Source: a virus (lineage: Duplodnaviria; Caudoviricetes). From it: a stretch of DNA of 64,000 nucleotides. Positions 35,198 to 45,164 of this stretch are shown one piece after another. Numbering within the stretch: position 1 is the first letter of the stretch; each line of letters opens with the position of its first letter. Location of the stretch: positions 17,142 through 81,141 of the IMG/VR virus record IMGVR_UViG_2915066250_000005; one strand, written 5' to 3'. The position numbers were made by a program, and so were the translations under genes. A model generated the notes under the pieces. It did no database searches. It saw only the letters and a program-made list of their open reading frames with translations, and was not told the origin of the DNA.

Positions 35198-38022
35198 CCC
35201 CTTGCCTTTCTATTTTGTAATTTCCCTAGTGCCATATCCATCTGTGGTGCAATTCCTCCTACAAGCTCTCCAGAGTCAAGTACAATACTTGTTTCAGAGA
35301 ACTTAGGAAAATAGGTATCCATGATGGCTACTATTCTATTCATGACACTAAGTAAATCTCCGTTTGCTCCAGCTGTCATATTCTGAAGAGTATCAAGTCC
35401 CATAATAACTTCCGGTCCAGCCTCTCCACCTCCAAGGAGATGTCCACCTTTACTACCAAAAATAGTTGCTCCATTTAAGAGCATTGGCTTATTCATCGCC
35501 TTTTTATACCAATCAATAGATAGATGTGGTACGGATGGTGGTGCTAAAGAGAAATGTCCACTGATGCTAAAATGAGGCAGTTTGATATGTGGCAGCTTTA
35601 AGCTAATACCAGCAAAGAAACCTTTAATTGCATCAACTACGCTTTTAACCTTATTCTTTGCCTCTTCAATCGGTGTAACAATGGCACTCTTTATACCATT
35701 CCAAATGGAAACGGCTGTATTTTTTATTCCATTAAATACAGAAGTAACTGTGCTTGATACAGCATTAAATACCGATGATACCTTTGACTTTATCCCGTCC
35801 ACCACAGATCCAATTACATTTTTGATTCCGTTCCATACACTTGTTACAACTGATTTTATTGCATTAAAGATTGTAGTAATCACAGTTTTGATAGCATTAA
35901 GTACTGTTGAAATCGTAGTACTAATTGCATTCCATACAGTTGTAATGACTGTTTTTATGGCATTCATAACGGTAGAAATAAAAGTACTAATCGTATTTAA
36001 GACCGTCATTACTACCGTCTTTATTGCCTCCCACACAGCCATTATGGTTTCTTTGCAGTTTTCCCAAATAAATCTAAAAGGAAGTGTGATCAGTTCAAAG
36101 TAGCCTTTAATCAGTTCTACAATAAACATCAATGCTACAGTAAGTATATTTTTGATGGTTTCCCAGACAGTGGTAAAAACTTGTACGATGCCATTCCAAA
36201 TAGTTGTAAAAAACTCTGCGATTCCCTGCCACAAAGTCATAAGAGTCGTTATTATAGTTTCCCATAAGCCTTTGAACCACTCTGTGATAGCACCCCAGTT
36301 TTTAATAATGGCAATGATGGCCACTACTGCTGCTATGATAGCTGCAATAATTCCTATAATTGGAAGAAGTGAAACATTAAGTGCTCCAAAACCAACCGCT
36401 GCTCCACCAGCGGCAGTACCTGCGGCTGCTGTTCCTGCTGCACTTGCACCTCCTGCAACGCCCACTGCTGTAGTTGCGGTGGCTGTTCCTCCAAGTAGTC
36501 CAATGAGTCCGCCAAGAGCAGAGGTAATTGTTCCAACTGCTGTGATGACTTTCCCTATGACTACTAAAACTGGACCTACGGTTGCAGCAATAAGGGCAAT
36601 TTTTACAATGGCATCTTGCATACCAGGAGATAGGTTGTTCCATTTTTCATTTAATGATTTCATCATCGCTGAAAACTTGGTAAGCATTGGTGCAAGAACA
36701 CTCATAAGAGAATTACCAACATCAGCTCCTACTATCTTTAAGCTATTAAGAGAGGTCTGAAATTTATCTATTGGATCTAAGGTTTCATTAAAGGTTGAAT
36801 CTACATTCCCGATATTGTCCTTTAGTGATGTCCCAAGTTCCTCGAAAGATAGTGAACCATTCTTACACGCTTGATAAATTGCACCACCTGCTCTTTTACC
36901 AAAGAGTTCATAAGCAGCTTGTAGTCCTTCCGTTTCACTACTAGCATTCACCATGCTGTCTTGGATTTCTTTTAGTGCCTCTTTCATAGGCTTTCCATTT
37001 GCTGTAGCATTAGCAAGTGCCTTTGTAAGTCCTGTCATAACCTGTGAAGTATCTGCACCAGACATTTCAACATTTCCAAGGAAGTTTGCTGCATCACTTG
37101 CAGAAAATCCTAGTTGCTGAAGTGCTGCAGAGTTTGTCACCATACTCTTTGCAAGAGTATCCATACTGATACCAGTTCTTTGTCCGACAGCATTCATGGT
37201 ATCCAGTAAGGCTCCTGCATCTTCTGCTTTAAGACCAAAGGCAGATATGACCTTCTGCGTATTATCAATAGCAGTGGAAACATCTGTATTATTAAGCTGA
37301 GCAAACTTGATGAACTTACCGGATAAATCCTCAAGTTTCTTACCAGTAAGACCAAATCTAGTATTTACTTCACCAATAGCAGCACCTGCTGTTTCAAAAT
37401 CTGTAGGAATTGAAGTCGCAAGATTTTTCATGCTATCTTGCATTTCATTTAAGGCTTTACCTGACGCACCTGTTTTTTGGACAATGATATCCATTCCTTT
37501 ATCCACTTCATTAAAGGCAGATAAAGATGCAGCACCTATTGCTACAATAGGTGCTGTTACATGAGTGGATAGACCTTTACCAACTTCAGTGGTCTTATCT
37601 CCAACTTCTTTAATTTTATCTCCTGCCTCTTTCATGGAAACAGATAGTGCTGATGGTACTTTTTTAGCCTCTTCCTCAAGAGCCTTTAGGTTGTTTCCTG
37701 TTTCAATAATTTCTCTTTGAAGGGCATCATACTTATCTTGTCCAAGTTCTCCATTTTCTAGCTGAATTTTTGCCTGCTTATCTGCCTCTTTTAAGGCATT
37801 TAACTTTTCGCTAGTTTCAGAGATTTCTTTTTGGAGTAACCGCTGTTTTTGAGCAAGTAACTTTGCATTGGAGGGATCAAGTTTAAGAAGTCTATTTACA
37901 TCACGAAGCTGTGACTGCGTATTTTTTATTGTAGAATTTACTCCCTTTAAGGCTTTGTCAAGACCGGTAGTATCTCCACCAATCTCAACGGTAATTCCTT
38001 TTATTCTATTAGCCACGTACAT
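35191..38022 (-). CDS. Tape measure protein
   Basis: RIKGITVEIGGDT, W-periodic amphipathic repeats, IDWYKKAM...GGGEAGPE. Confidence 0.92.
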   Translation of the reverse strand: MYVANRIKGITVEIGGDTTGLDKALKGVNSTIKNTQSQLRDVNRLLKLDPSNAKLLAQKQRLLQKEISETSEKLNALKEADKQAKIQLENGELGQDKYDALQREIIETGNNLKALEEEAKKVPSALSVSMKEAGDKIKEVGDKTTEVGKGLSTHVTAPIVAIGAASLSAFNEVDKGMDIIVQKTGASGKALNEMQDSMKNLATSIPTDFETAGAAIGEVNTRFGLTGKKLEDLSGKFIKFAQLNNTDVSTAIDNTQKVISAFGLKAEDAGALLDTMNAVGQRTGISMDTLAKSMVTNSAALQQLGFSASDAANFLGNVEMSGADTSQVMTGLTKALANATANGKPMKEALKEIQDSMVNASSETEGLQAAYELFGKRAGGAIYQACKNGSLSFEELGTSLKDNIGNVDSTFNETLDPIDKFQTSLNSLKIVGADVGNSLMSVLAPMLTKFSAMMKSLNEKWNNLSPGMQDAIVKIALIAATVGPVLVVIGKVITAVGTITSALGGLIGLLGGTATATTAVGVAGGASAAGTAAAGTAAGGAAVGFGALNVSLLPIIGIIAAIIAAVVAIIAIIKNWGAITEWFKGLWETIITTLMTLWQGIAEFFTTIWNGIVQVFTTVWETIKNILTVALMFIVELIKGYFELITLPFRFIWENCKETIMAVWEAIKTVVMTVLNTISTFISTVMNAIKTVITTVWNAISTTISTVLNAIKTVITTIFNAIKSVVTSVWNGIKNVIGSVVDGIKSKVSSVFNAVSSTVTSVFNGIKNTAVSIWNGIKSAIVTPIEEAKNKVKSVVDAIKGFFAGISLKLPHIKLPHFSISGHFSLAPPSVPHLSIDWYKKAMNKPMLLNGATIFGSKGGHLLGGGEAGPEVIMGLDTLQNMTAGANGDLLSVMNRIVAIMDTYFPKFSETSIVLDSGELVGGIAPQMDMALGKLQNRKARGW

Positions 38023-38039
38023 CCCTCCTTTCTAAAAAT

Positions 38040-38080
38040 GGACATAAAAAAGACACCTCCCATTAAGTAAGTGTCGTAAA
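38040..38080 (-). terminator. Terminator after AbrB-like moron
   Basis: GACAC...GTGTC stem with A run on plus. Confidence 0.5.
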
Positions 38081-38132
38081 AACAGTTTAATATTCAGTTA
38101 GACAAATCTCTAATTTAAATTTCTTTTTTTGC

Positions 38133-38600
38133 TCAAAATATTGGAATCTCGCCTTTATAATTTAGAGATTTTTCCAACAAAGGACCTTTTGCTCCCATAG
38201 TAAATGCAATATCACTACTTCGAATAGAAAGTAATTCCATACCTATTTGTAAGTCCAAAAATTTCATCATTTCTTCCGTTAATTTTATTTTGCCATCAGG
38301 TGATATGTTTACCCAACAGTACCATCTACCTTTATACTTCACAAACTCACCTGAATTAGTTGTATATTCTAAAAGTGATGGTGTATCTTGCAATATATGT
38401 CCTAATTTTGAGGGATAAAGTAATTTTTTTGTAGTAACACAGAATCCACCAGTTCTTTTACTTCCAGTAAACAAATAAATCTTATCATCATTGGTAATTT
38501 TATATTCTTCTATTGCCTGCGTCGGAAATTGAATAGTACCATCTAAACGAATAGTTGACTTTCCAAAAATAAACTTACCTCCTTTATTCATTTGCGGCAT
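38133..38600 (-). CDS. Accessory protein with two AbrB/SpoVT-like repeats (moron in tail operon)
   Basis: IRLDGTIQFP..AIEEYKI and ISPDGKIKLT..MMKFLDL repeats; own TGCTATAAT -10 and terminator. Confidence 0.5.
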   Translation of the reverse strand: MPQMNKGGKFIFGKSTIRLDGTIQFPTQAIEEYKITNDDKIYLFTGSKRTGGFCVTTKKLLYPSKLGHILQDTPSLLEYTTNSGEFVKYKGRWYCWVNISPDGKIKLTEEMMKFLDLQIGMELLSIRSSDIAFTMGAKGPLLEKSLNYKGEIPIF

Positions 38601-38667
38601 TATATTGACTCACCTCCCCCAAATTCACATTTATCTCATTGATTATTATAGCATATTTTACGATAAA

Positions 38668-38832
38668 TTAGAACTTATCAAACTCAGCTTGACCTGCTAC
38701 TTTGCTGTATTTCACGCTGTCATTTGATTTTTCAGTCCAAATGTCTAGTACCATTCCAATTGTAAGTAAATCAAGTTCAGAAATGCTTATCCCTATTTCT
38801 ACGCATCTTAGTAGAAATAGGGCTGTTGTCAT
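38668..38832 (-). CDS. Tail assembly chaperone extension (gpGT-like, -1 frame)
   Basis: MTTALFLLRCVEIGISISELDLLTIGMVLD...; joined to upstream gene by -1 slip at A AAA AAC. Confidence 0.7.
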   Translation of the reverse strand: MTTALFLLRCVEIGISISELDLLTIGMVLDIWTEKSNDSVKYSKVAGQAEFDKF

Positions 38833-39194
38833 CTCCCTGCTACTTTTTGGAAGTTTTTTTTAGACTGAACTTCCGTTTCAAGGTTTGCTCCCCAAAGTTC
38901 AAGAATCTCCGGAAGAATCTCATAAATAGAAAACATCTCAAACTGGTCAAGCCAATCATCAATATTTCCGGGGATACTTCTATCTGCATGATAGGCCATA
39001 ATATATGCTACATTTTCAAATATCTCAAGGTCATCAATTTCAAAAGAACCATCACTTGCCTTGAAAGTTTTTTCAAGCTTTGACAGGTCTTTGAAGATAT
39101 CTCTCTTAAATTTAATTCTATATAGCCTTGGAATGGTAGCAGATGAACGAAACTTGATATCCATCTCTCCCACTCTTACTGTTTTTTCTAGCAT
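38829..39194 (-). CDS. Tail assembly chaperone (gpG-like)
   Basis: FRSSATIPRLYRIKF, WLDQFEMFSIY; between major tail and TMP. Confidence 0.8.
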   Translation of the reverse strand: MLEKTVRVGEMDIKFRSSATIPRLYRIKFKRDIFKDLSKLEKTFKASDGSFEIDDLEIFENVAYIMAYHADRSIPGNIDDWLDQFEMFSIYEILPEILELWGANLETEVQSKKNFQKVAGR

Positions 39195-39205
39195 CCTTAC
39201 ACCTC

Positions 39206-39787
39206 CTACTTAGGTTTTACTTCGGTTTTATCCTGTGGAACATACACATTCTTATACCAATTAGCATAAGTATCTGCTGATGTAGTATCTCCAGTTCTTG
39301 ATTTTACAAGACCGTCCTCTCTTGGATCCGCTGTAAGTGATAGTGTTTCTGTTCCAGGTTCAATCGTATCTTCTTTAGTTTCTGATTCAATAGATGGTCT
39401 TGATGCTGAGCAGTTATATAGAACGTGTCTAATTGCATTGATATCACCGTCAAATTCAAATAACAGTGCAAACTTTTCTGTTTCCGATACATTTGCCTTT
39501 TCTACAAGTACTCCATTTTTATCCAGTTCTTCCTTTAAGATTTCCGTTCTAAACCATTCAGGTATTAGTGCAATCTCGAGGTCACCGCTATATCCGTTAT
39601 TGGCAGTAGACCTAAAATATACAATACCATCTGCATAAAAAGGACTGGATTCTCCTTCAGCTTCAAGGCTGATACTGACAGCACCCGGTATTGCCTTTGG
39701 ATTTTCATAAGTAAATGCACCACTTGTATCTTTTTTCAACTTTGCAGCATGAACATTTTTAAGGTTATATTTCACTTTATTTCCCAT
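39206..39787 (-). CDS. Major tail protein (phi13-like)
   Basis: NKVKYNLKNVH, PGAVSISL, FYADGIVY, NNGYSGDLEIA, FALLFEFDGD. Confidence 0.9.
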   Translation of the reverse strand: MGNKVKYNLKNVHAAKLKKDTSGAFTYENPKAIPGAVSISLEAEGESSPFYADGIVYFRSTANNGYSGDLEIALIPEWFRTEILKEELDKNGVLVEKANVSETEKFALLFEFDGDINAIRHVLYNCSASRPSIESETKEDTIEPGTETLSLTADPREDGLVKSRTGDTTSADTYANWYKNVYVPQDKTEVKPK

Positions 39788-40109
39788 GATTTTCTTCCTC
39801 CATTTCAAAAATATATAAGACTTCGTAGAGTTTTTCCGACTCTATATAAACTTCTGTTTTGTTATAAAAAATGCCGTACTCATCAAGTACGAATTCTACC
39901 TTCTTTTCTATCTCTAGATTTTTGTAATCCGTATAGATTTCAATATGAACTTCATTTGCTTTAAAATACACTCTTCCGTCTGCTGAAAAGTTATCACTTG
40001 CTGGCAGTAGATAAATAAGAAAAGGCGGCTCTGGTGATTCCCCTTCAGCAAAGTGATGATATGCATTTGGAAGCCCTATATCCTTTATAATTTCAAGTAA
40101 CCTATCCAT
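39777..40109 (-). CDS. Tail terminator/completion protein
   Basis: AYHHF.E..SPEPPF, ADG..Y, IE.YTD.K, ESEKLYEV.Y. Confidence 0.7.
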   Translation of the reverse strand: MDRLLEIIKDIGLPNAYHHFAEGESPEPPFLIYLLPASDNFSADGRVYFKANEVHIEIYTDYKNLEIEKKVEFVLDEYGIFYNKTEVYIESEKLYEVLYIFEMEEENHGK

Positions 40110-40482
40110 TGGAAATAGCCTCCTTTATCTCTTCTTCAAATACCTTTATTGCCTTTTCTTCAGCATTTGCTATATGTGGTCTTGCAGATACTCTTCCTCC
40201 ACCACGCTTTGCATGACCAAATTCAAGAAGGTGAGTAAGCTGATATTTGTTTCTTGAATGAACAACAAGCTCAAGGCTACTGGATGTTTCTCTCACAGTT
40301 TTTACAGTCCAGCTTTTCCCATACTTACCTGTATCACTTGGAGCACTTGCTTTTATTTCATCACGCACAGTCTTTCCTGCTTTTTGAACTGCCTTTTTCA
40401 CATTTTCAGTTGTAACATTAGCATATTTTTCAAGTTCCTTCATCACTTCAGATGAAAGGCTATCAATTTTTACCTTGCTCAT
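40102..40482 (-). CDS. HK97 gp10-like tail component
   Basis: AP.DTGKY.KSW, LTHLLEFGH, RPHI..AE. Confidence 0.8.
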   Translation of the reverse strand: MSKVKIDSLSSEVMKELEKYANVTTENVKKAVQKAGKTVRDEIKASAPSDTGKYGKSWTVKTVRETSSSLELVVHSRNKYQLTHLLEFGHAKRGGGRVSARPHIANAEEKAIKVFEEEIKEAISNG

Positions 40483-40811
40483 CTCTCGCACCTCTTACAG
40501 TGAAGTTTTATACTTTTCTTCCTATAATTCATATGGTCTATGCCCTCAATTTCATAAATATCCTCATGAAAAATCACCCTATAACCAATGGAAGATAAGA
40601 CCGATACTTCCTTGCTGTAGCGAATAGTAAAATCAATCTTGCTTTCATCCCATATAGCACCACTACTTGTTTCTTCCTTTGGACTTTCACTACTGATAGT
40701 TGCATAGCAGGAATAATACTTACTCCACACATTTTTGTGATTTCCAATGTTATCTACCTCTACCGAGCTTTTTTGAAGTTCAATGCGTTCATTTAGTAGT
40801 GATATCTCCAT
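40479..40811 (-). CDS. Head closure / head-tail adaptor
   Basis: D.IGNH...W, FTIRY, RVIF...IYEI..ID. Confidence 0.8.
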   Translation of the reverse strand: MEISLLNERIELQKSSVEVDNIGNHKNVWSKYYSCYATISSESPKEETSSGAIWDESKIDFTIRYSKEVSVLSSIGYRVIFHEDIYEIEGIDHMNYRKKSIKLHCKRCER

Positions 40812-41098
40812 TAAAATTCCGCCTTTCTTACTCCAAATAACATGGATCTAAGTGTAATCGTTAACTCATGATGGTCTGCCTCTTCCCTGTGTTCATAAAG
40901 ATAGGCGGCAGCATATAGCACTGCCACCTTATATTCTTCAAAGCTTTCACCAATGATTTCTTCTTCATCTTTTCTTGCAATAGCAAGGCACATCTTCTCA
41001 GAAGACTTTATAAGGGTGCTAATCAGATTATCATCTTCACTGGTATCTACTCTGAGATAATTTTTCATTTCTTCAAGACTTACAACCATAACTAGCAC
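40811..41098 (-). CDS. Head-tail connector (gp6-like)
   Basis: VSLEEMKNYLRVD..EDD.LI, AVLYAAAYLYEHRE. Confidence 0.85.
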   Translation of the reverse strand: MLVMVVSLEEMKNYLRVDTSEDDNLISTLIKSSEKMCLAIARKDEEEIIGESFEEYKVAVLYAAAYLYEHREEADHHELTITLRSMLFGVRKAEF

Positions 41099-41106
41099 CC
41101 CCTCCT

Positions 41107-42300
41107 TTATTTTGCTTTAATAGTTAAAAGATGAACCGCCTCAGGAAGAATCAGTTTTCCATCCACTCTTTCCTTTGCAATAAAGCCTGTCGTATCTGTT
41201 TCAGCATAAAGCTCCGTAAGTTCCTGCATAGACCTTGTTCCTCTGTCTGCAATGTTATAGTAACTAAAATCACCGAATGCAATGGCAGGTTTTCCCGCTT
41301 CTACAAGAGGTGCATACGCTGATGTGAAAATAGGATAACCAAGCAGTCTATCCGGTTCTCCTTCTTTAATGGAAGGCTGCCACATATAGTTTCCGTTACC
41401 ATCTTTCAGTTTTCTAATGATGGCAATGGTCTGGTCATTCATAATAAATTTAGCCTTTTGACGATATGGTCTTCCAAGTGCATACACGAGACTGATAATA
41501 TCGTCAGATGAAATAGTTGCTCCTGCTGTTGTTACATCACTAATTGCACCACCATCTTTATGGAAAATTCCAAGTGGCTTTTTCTTTCCATCGCCATTAA
41601 GAAACGCATCTTCCTCGGCATTACCGATTGCCTTACCAAACTGCTCAATAATATAATTTTCAAGTGGGAACATACTGTCATATAAAAGTTCATTTGTAAT
41701 CTTAATTCCCACAGCAAGTTTAAAGGCATCAATGGTAATCTGACCGAATGTTGCATCGTCAAATGGAATCTTGCCCCCTTCTTCAACCCAAAGAGCAGCA
41801 GGTTTTGTTGCAGTCACCGTAATTCTATGAAGTCCGGATGTGGTAATCTTTGTTCCAAGAGTTCTCATGATGTTATTTTCCGTTAATACATCAATCAGTC
41901 TCTTATCATATTCCTCCGGAACAAGATATCCTCCATCAGTGTCCACTCCTTCCTGCAAAAGGTTTGTAACCTGCTTAAAGTTACTTCTGATTGCCTTAAG
42001 CATATCCCTTCTGTATTCATCGGATGATCTTCCTTTTTTCTCCGGATTATCATCCACTTTCATTGGTTTTGTTACGATAGCATCAGACAGAGGCTTAGAT
42101 AGTTCTTTATCCATCTCCTCAATCTTCTGTAGACGCTCAATTTCTAAGCTGTAGTTATGGACTTTCTTTTCCATTTCATCATAGCTTAAAGCATCTTCTT
42201 CAGAAATAAGGCCGTCTTTATCTCTCTTGCTATCAAGGAATGCTTTCGCACCCTCCCAAGCCTTATTACGTTTTTCAATCATTTCTAAAATCTTACTCAT
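41107..42300 (-). CDS. HK97-fold major capsid protein
   Basis: GGYLVPEEY, WVEEG, ITNELLYDS, EEDAFLNGDG, QPS...G.PDRLLGYP, IAFGDFSYY. Confidence 0.95.
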   Translation of the reverse strand: MSKILEMIEKRNKAWEGAKAFLDSKRDKDGLISEEDALSYDEMEKKVHNYSLEIERLQKIEEMDKELSKPLSDAIVTKPMKVDDNPEKKGRSSDEYRRDMLKAIRSNFKQVTNLLQEGVDTDGGYLVPEEYDKRLIDVLTENNIMRTLGTKITTSGLHRITVTATKPAALWVEEGGKIPFDDATFGQITIDAFKLAVGIKITNELLYDSMFPLENYIIEQFGKAIGNAEEDAFLNGDGKKKPLGIFHKDGGAISDVTTAGATISSDDIISLVYALGRPYRQKAKFIMNDQTIAIIRKLKDGNGNYMWQPSIKEGEPDRLLGYPIFTSAYAPLVEAGKPAIAFGDFSYYNIADRGTRSMQELTELYAETDTTGFIAKERVDGKLILPEAVHLLTIKAK

Positions 42301-42305
42301 TGTAA

Positions 42306-43046
42306 TTACCTCCAATTTTTCATTAAAAAAAGACGGTCCATTAATTCGTCCGCCTTAACACCTGTATTAGTTTCTTTGTTTTCTATCTTGCATTTAGAAG
42401 CAATCTTATCCATCAGTGAATTTACAACCTGTGCTTTTGAATACATCATGGAAACTTGTGATACTTCTATATCAGTGGTATCACTTCGCTTTAGAATGTC
42501 ATCTGCAAAGCCAAGCTCCACTGCTTTATGTGCATCCATCCATGTTTCTGAGTCCATTAAATGAGATAGTTTTGCTCTAGACATTCCAGTCTTAATTTCA
42601 TATGCATTGATGATAGACTCCTTTACTTCATCTAGCATTGAGATTGCTTTTTCCATCTCCCCCTTATTTCCAAAAGCTATGGTCATAGGATTATGGATCA
42701 TAAGCATTGATACTGGACTCATTAATACATTTGTCCCTGCCATTGCAATCACTGATGCTGCACTTGCTGCGATACCATCAATTTTTACTGTGACATCTCC
42801 TTTATAGTCGATTAGCATATTGTAGATTTGAGCTGCTGCCACACAGTCACCTCCCGGAGAGTTAATCCAAACGGTAATGTTTCCATTCCCCTGATTTAAC
42901 TCCTCTTTGAAAAGCTGTGGTGTCACATCATCATCAAACCACGATTCTTCAGCTATCGTTCCATTAAGGAATAGGATGCGTTCTGTCACTTCCTCTTCGT
43001 TTTGGTTTCTCATTACTTGATTCTTCCACTTCCAAAACTTCTTCAT
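42306..43046 (-). CDS. ClpP-like prohead protease
   Basis: INSPGGD, GIAASAASVI, MIHNP, ETWMDA..AVELGFAD. Confidence 0.92.
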   Translation of the reverse strand: MKKFWKWKNQVMRNQNEEEVTERILFLNGTIAEESWFDDDVTPQLFKEELNQGNGNITVWINSPGGDCVAAAQIYNMLIDYKGDVTVKIDGIAASAASVIAMAGTNVLMSPVSMLMIHNPMTIAFGNKGEMEKAISMLDEVKESIINAYEIKTGMSRAKLSHLMDSETWMDAHKAVELGFADDILKRSDTTDIEVSQVSMMYSKAQVVNSLMDKIASKCKIENKETNTGVKADELMDRLFLMKNWR

Positions 43047-44292
43047 TAGGTTCTTCCTCCTTTCCATCTTCATCTGCAAATGCTCCTGCACGATTTAGTG
43101 GGAGCATATTTCCATTTATGAGATATAGGTCACCTCCATCTTCACTTGGAATACGGTCTAGGTTTTCTAATTCTCTAATATCATTGGCAGACATCCATCC
43201 GTTTTGTCTTGCTGTAGCATAGCCATTCATTCTTGATTGGTAATCCCCACGAAGGAGACCATCTACATTGAATTTAACATAGTACTTTTTCTTTTCATCT
43301 TCAGTAAATAGCCTACGAACAATAGACTGTTCCCATCTTGCTACCCAAGGATCAAGGGTATACTTTACAAACTCAAGTGACTGCTGCTCAATATTAGAAA
43401 AGCTCGACTTCTCAAGGTCACCTACCATATGTGGTGGAACTCTAAAGATTCGAGCTATCTCATTGATTTGAAATTTTCTTGTTTCTAAAAACTGTGCTTC
43501 ATTTGGAGATATTGAAATCGGTGTGTACTTCATTCCTTCTTCCAAAATCGCTATCTTATGACTGTTGCTACCAGAGAACCCTTTTGACCAGCTTTCCCTC
43601 ATAGCTTCAGGATCTTTAACCGTTCCCGGATACTCTAGGATTCCACTTGGTGTTGCTCCATTAGCAAAGAACTTAGCTCCATATTCTTCTGTCGCAATTG
43701 CCATACCTATGGCATTTTTAGCCATCGCAATTGGTGAATAGCCAACAAGTCCATCAAAACCAAGTCCAGGAATATGAAGAACATCTGACTGATTTAACTT
43801 CACTCTTCCTTGTTTTTCTGTCCCTGCATCAGAATCACTGACAAAGTATTCATAATAAATTTGACCTTTATCATCTCTATCTACCTTCATCCTGTCTGGC
43901 ATCAGTGGATAAAGTCCTAAAACCTCACCCTTACCATTTCTGATAATCTGTGCATAGGCATTACCCCAAAGAAGTAAATGCGTCATCATGCTTTCCCTAA
44001 AGACAAAGCTTGTCATCTCTGGATTTGGTTCATCATGTAGCACCTTGTATAAAGGATGTTCTATAGCCTTAGCTGTGCCAATCTCTGTTCTTTCATAAAC
44101 ATGAAGTGGCAAACTTGCAACTGCCTCAGATAGAATTCTTACGCAGCTATATACCGCTGTCATCTGCATAGCAGACCTTTCATTTACTCTTCTTCCGGAT
44201 GATGAACCACCCATCAAAAAGCTATATGAAGATCCATTTGTTCTATTTGTAGGCTTATCCCTACTCTTAAATAGGCCACTTAATACGCCCAT
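42964..44292 (-). CDS. HK97-family portal protein
   Basis: AVYSCVRILSE, LLWGNAYA, DGLVGYSPI, QFLETRKF..EIARIFRVPP. Confidence 0.95.
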   Translation of the reverse strand: MGVLSGLFKSRDKPTNRTNGSSYSFLMGGSSSGRRVNERSAMQMTAVYSCVRILSEAVASLPLHVYERTEIGTAKAIEHPLYKVLHDEPNPEMTSFVFRESMMTHLLLWGNAYAQIIRNGKGEVLGLYPLMPDRMKVDRDDKGQIYYEYFVSDSDAGTEKQGRVKLNQSDVLHIPGLGFDGLVGYSPIAMAKNAIGMAIATEEYGAKFFANGATPSGILEYPGTVKDPEAMRESWSKGFSGSNSHKIAILEEGMKYTPISISPNEAQFLETRKFQINEIARIFRVPPHMVGDLEKSSFSNIEQQSLEFVKYTLDPWVARWEQSIVRRLFTEDEKKKYYVKFNVDGLLRGDYQSRMNGYATARQNGWMSANDIRELENLDRIPSEDGGDLYLINGNMLPLNRAGAFADEDGKEEEPNEEVLEVEESSNEKPKRRGSDRTHPIP

Positions 44293-44357
44293 ACACATTC
44301 CTCCTAAATTTCTGTACTAAAAAAGCACCTCCGAAGAGATGCTTAAAATAGAAGTTT

Positions 44358-45083
44358 CTATTTACAATAATATTCTATTGCTTTATTAACAAATACAGCA
44401 GTCCCTTCACCTGCAAACTCATCAATATTTTTAGTAAAATCACCTCCACCAGCATACATTTTTCCAAGACCAGATAAAATTTCATTTGAACATCTATAGA
44501 AATTATCTGATATATAATTTTGAAGTTTTTTCACTAACGCTTGCACAACTTCTGCGTCATGATTTTCTGATTTTACCTTTCCAAACTCTGCAAAAATCAT
44601 CATTAATTGCTGATTTACGGTCTTTGTCTCTTCAGTACTTCTGTTTTTTTGTTTTTCCTCAAATTCTTTAAATTCATTAGTATGTCCCCAAGATTCTTTC
44701 GCCTGCTTTGCATATTCATCAATCTTCTTTGTATCAAATGCCGAGAAATTCATATAATCCACCCCCAATAGTTTTACGCCTTTAGCAAAAAGTATTAAAT
44801 TCTCTAAGTGTTCTTTTTTTAATGTTAGTAATTTGATTTGCTGTTCCAAAGCTATATCCCTATCAAAATTATCACTATTAATTATTTCTTTAATTTCATT
44901 TAGTGGGAATTCTAATTCTTTAAATAGTAATATATGCTGTAATGTTATTAAATCATTGTCACTATACAATCTATATCCTACATCAGAATAATCAGTTGGG
45001 TGTAGCAAACCAATTTTGTCATAATACTGTAAAGTTCTAACACTAATTCCTGCAATTTTACTTACAGCTTTTATTGTTTTCAT
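44358..45083 (-). CDS. MerR-family regulator with TipAS antibiotic-binding domain (Mta/TipA-like)
   Basis: GISVRTLQYYDKIGLL.P...GYRLY; Y..EAKE.WG.T, Q.LV......IS..FY.C..E.L.GLG.MY..G.DF..NID. Confidence 0.85.
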   Translation of the reverse strand: MKTIKAVSKIAGISVRTLQYYDKIGLLHPTDYSDVGYRLYSDNDLITLQHILLFKELEFPLNEIKEIINSDNFDRDIALEQQIKLLTLKKEHLENLILFAKGVKLLGVDYMNFSAFDTKKIDEYAKQAKESWGHTNEFKEFEEKQKNRSTEETKTVNQQLMMIFAEFGKVKSENHDAEVVQALVKKLQNYISDNFYRCSNEILSGLGKMYAGGGDFTKNIDEFAGEGTAVFVNKAIEYYCK

Positions 45084-45106
45084 AAAATCACCTCCTTGTT
45101 ACTATG

Positions 45107-45137
45107 AATATAAACTATTACGTAACGTAGTAGTCAA
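45107..45137 (-). promoter_or_regulatory. MerR-type promoter (19-bp spacer with dyad)
   Basis: TTGACT-19 bp-TATATT; spacer holds TACGT-T-ACGTA. Confidence 0.75.
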
Positions 45138-45164
45138 GTGATTATATGAAAATTTTTTATAATT

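Noticed and set aside
35582-36760. Long antisense ORFs (173 and 202 aa) within the tape measure gene
   Set aside because: Mirror of repetitive, codon-biased TMP sequence with no RBS or domain signal. The same applies to the many 60-130 aa antisense ORFs over pol, LSR, capsid and primase genes.
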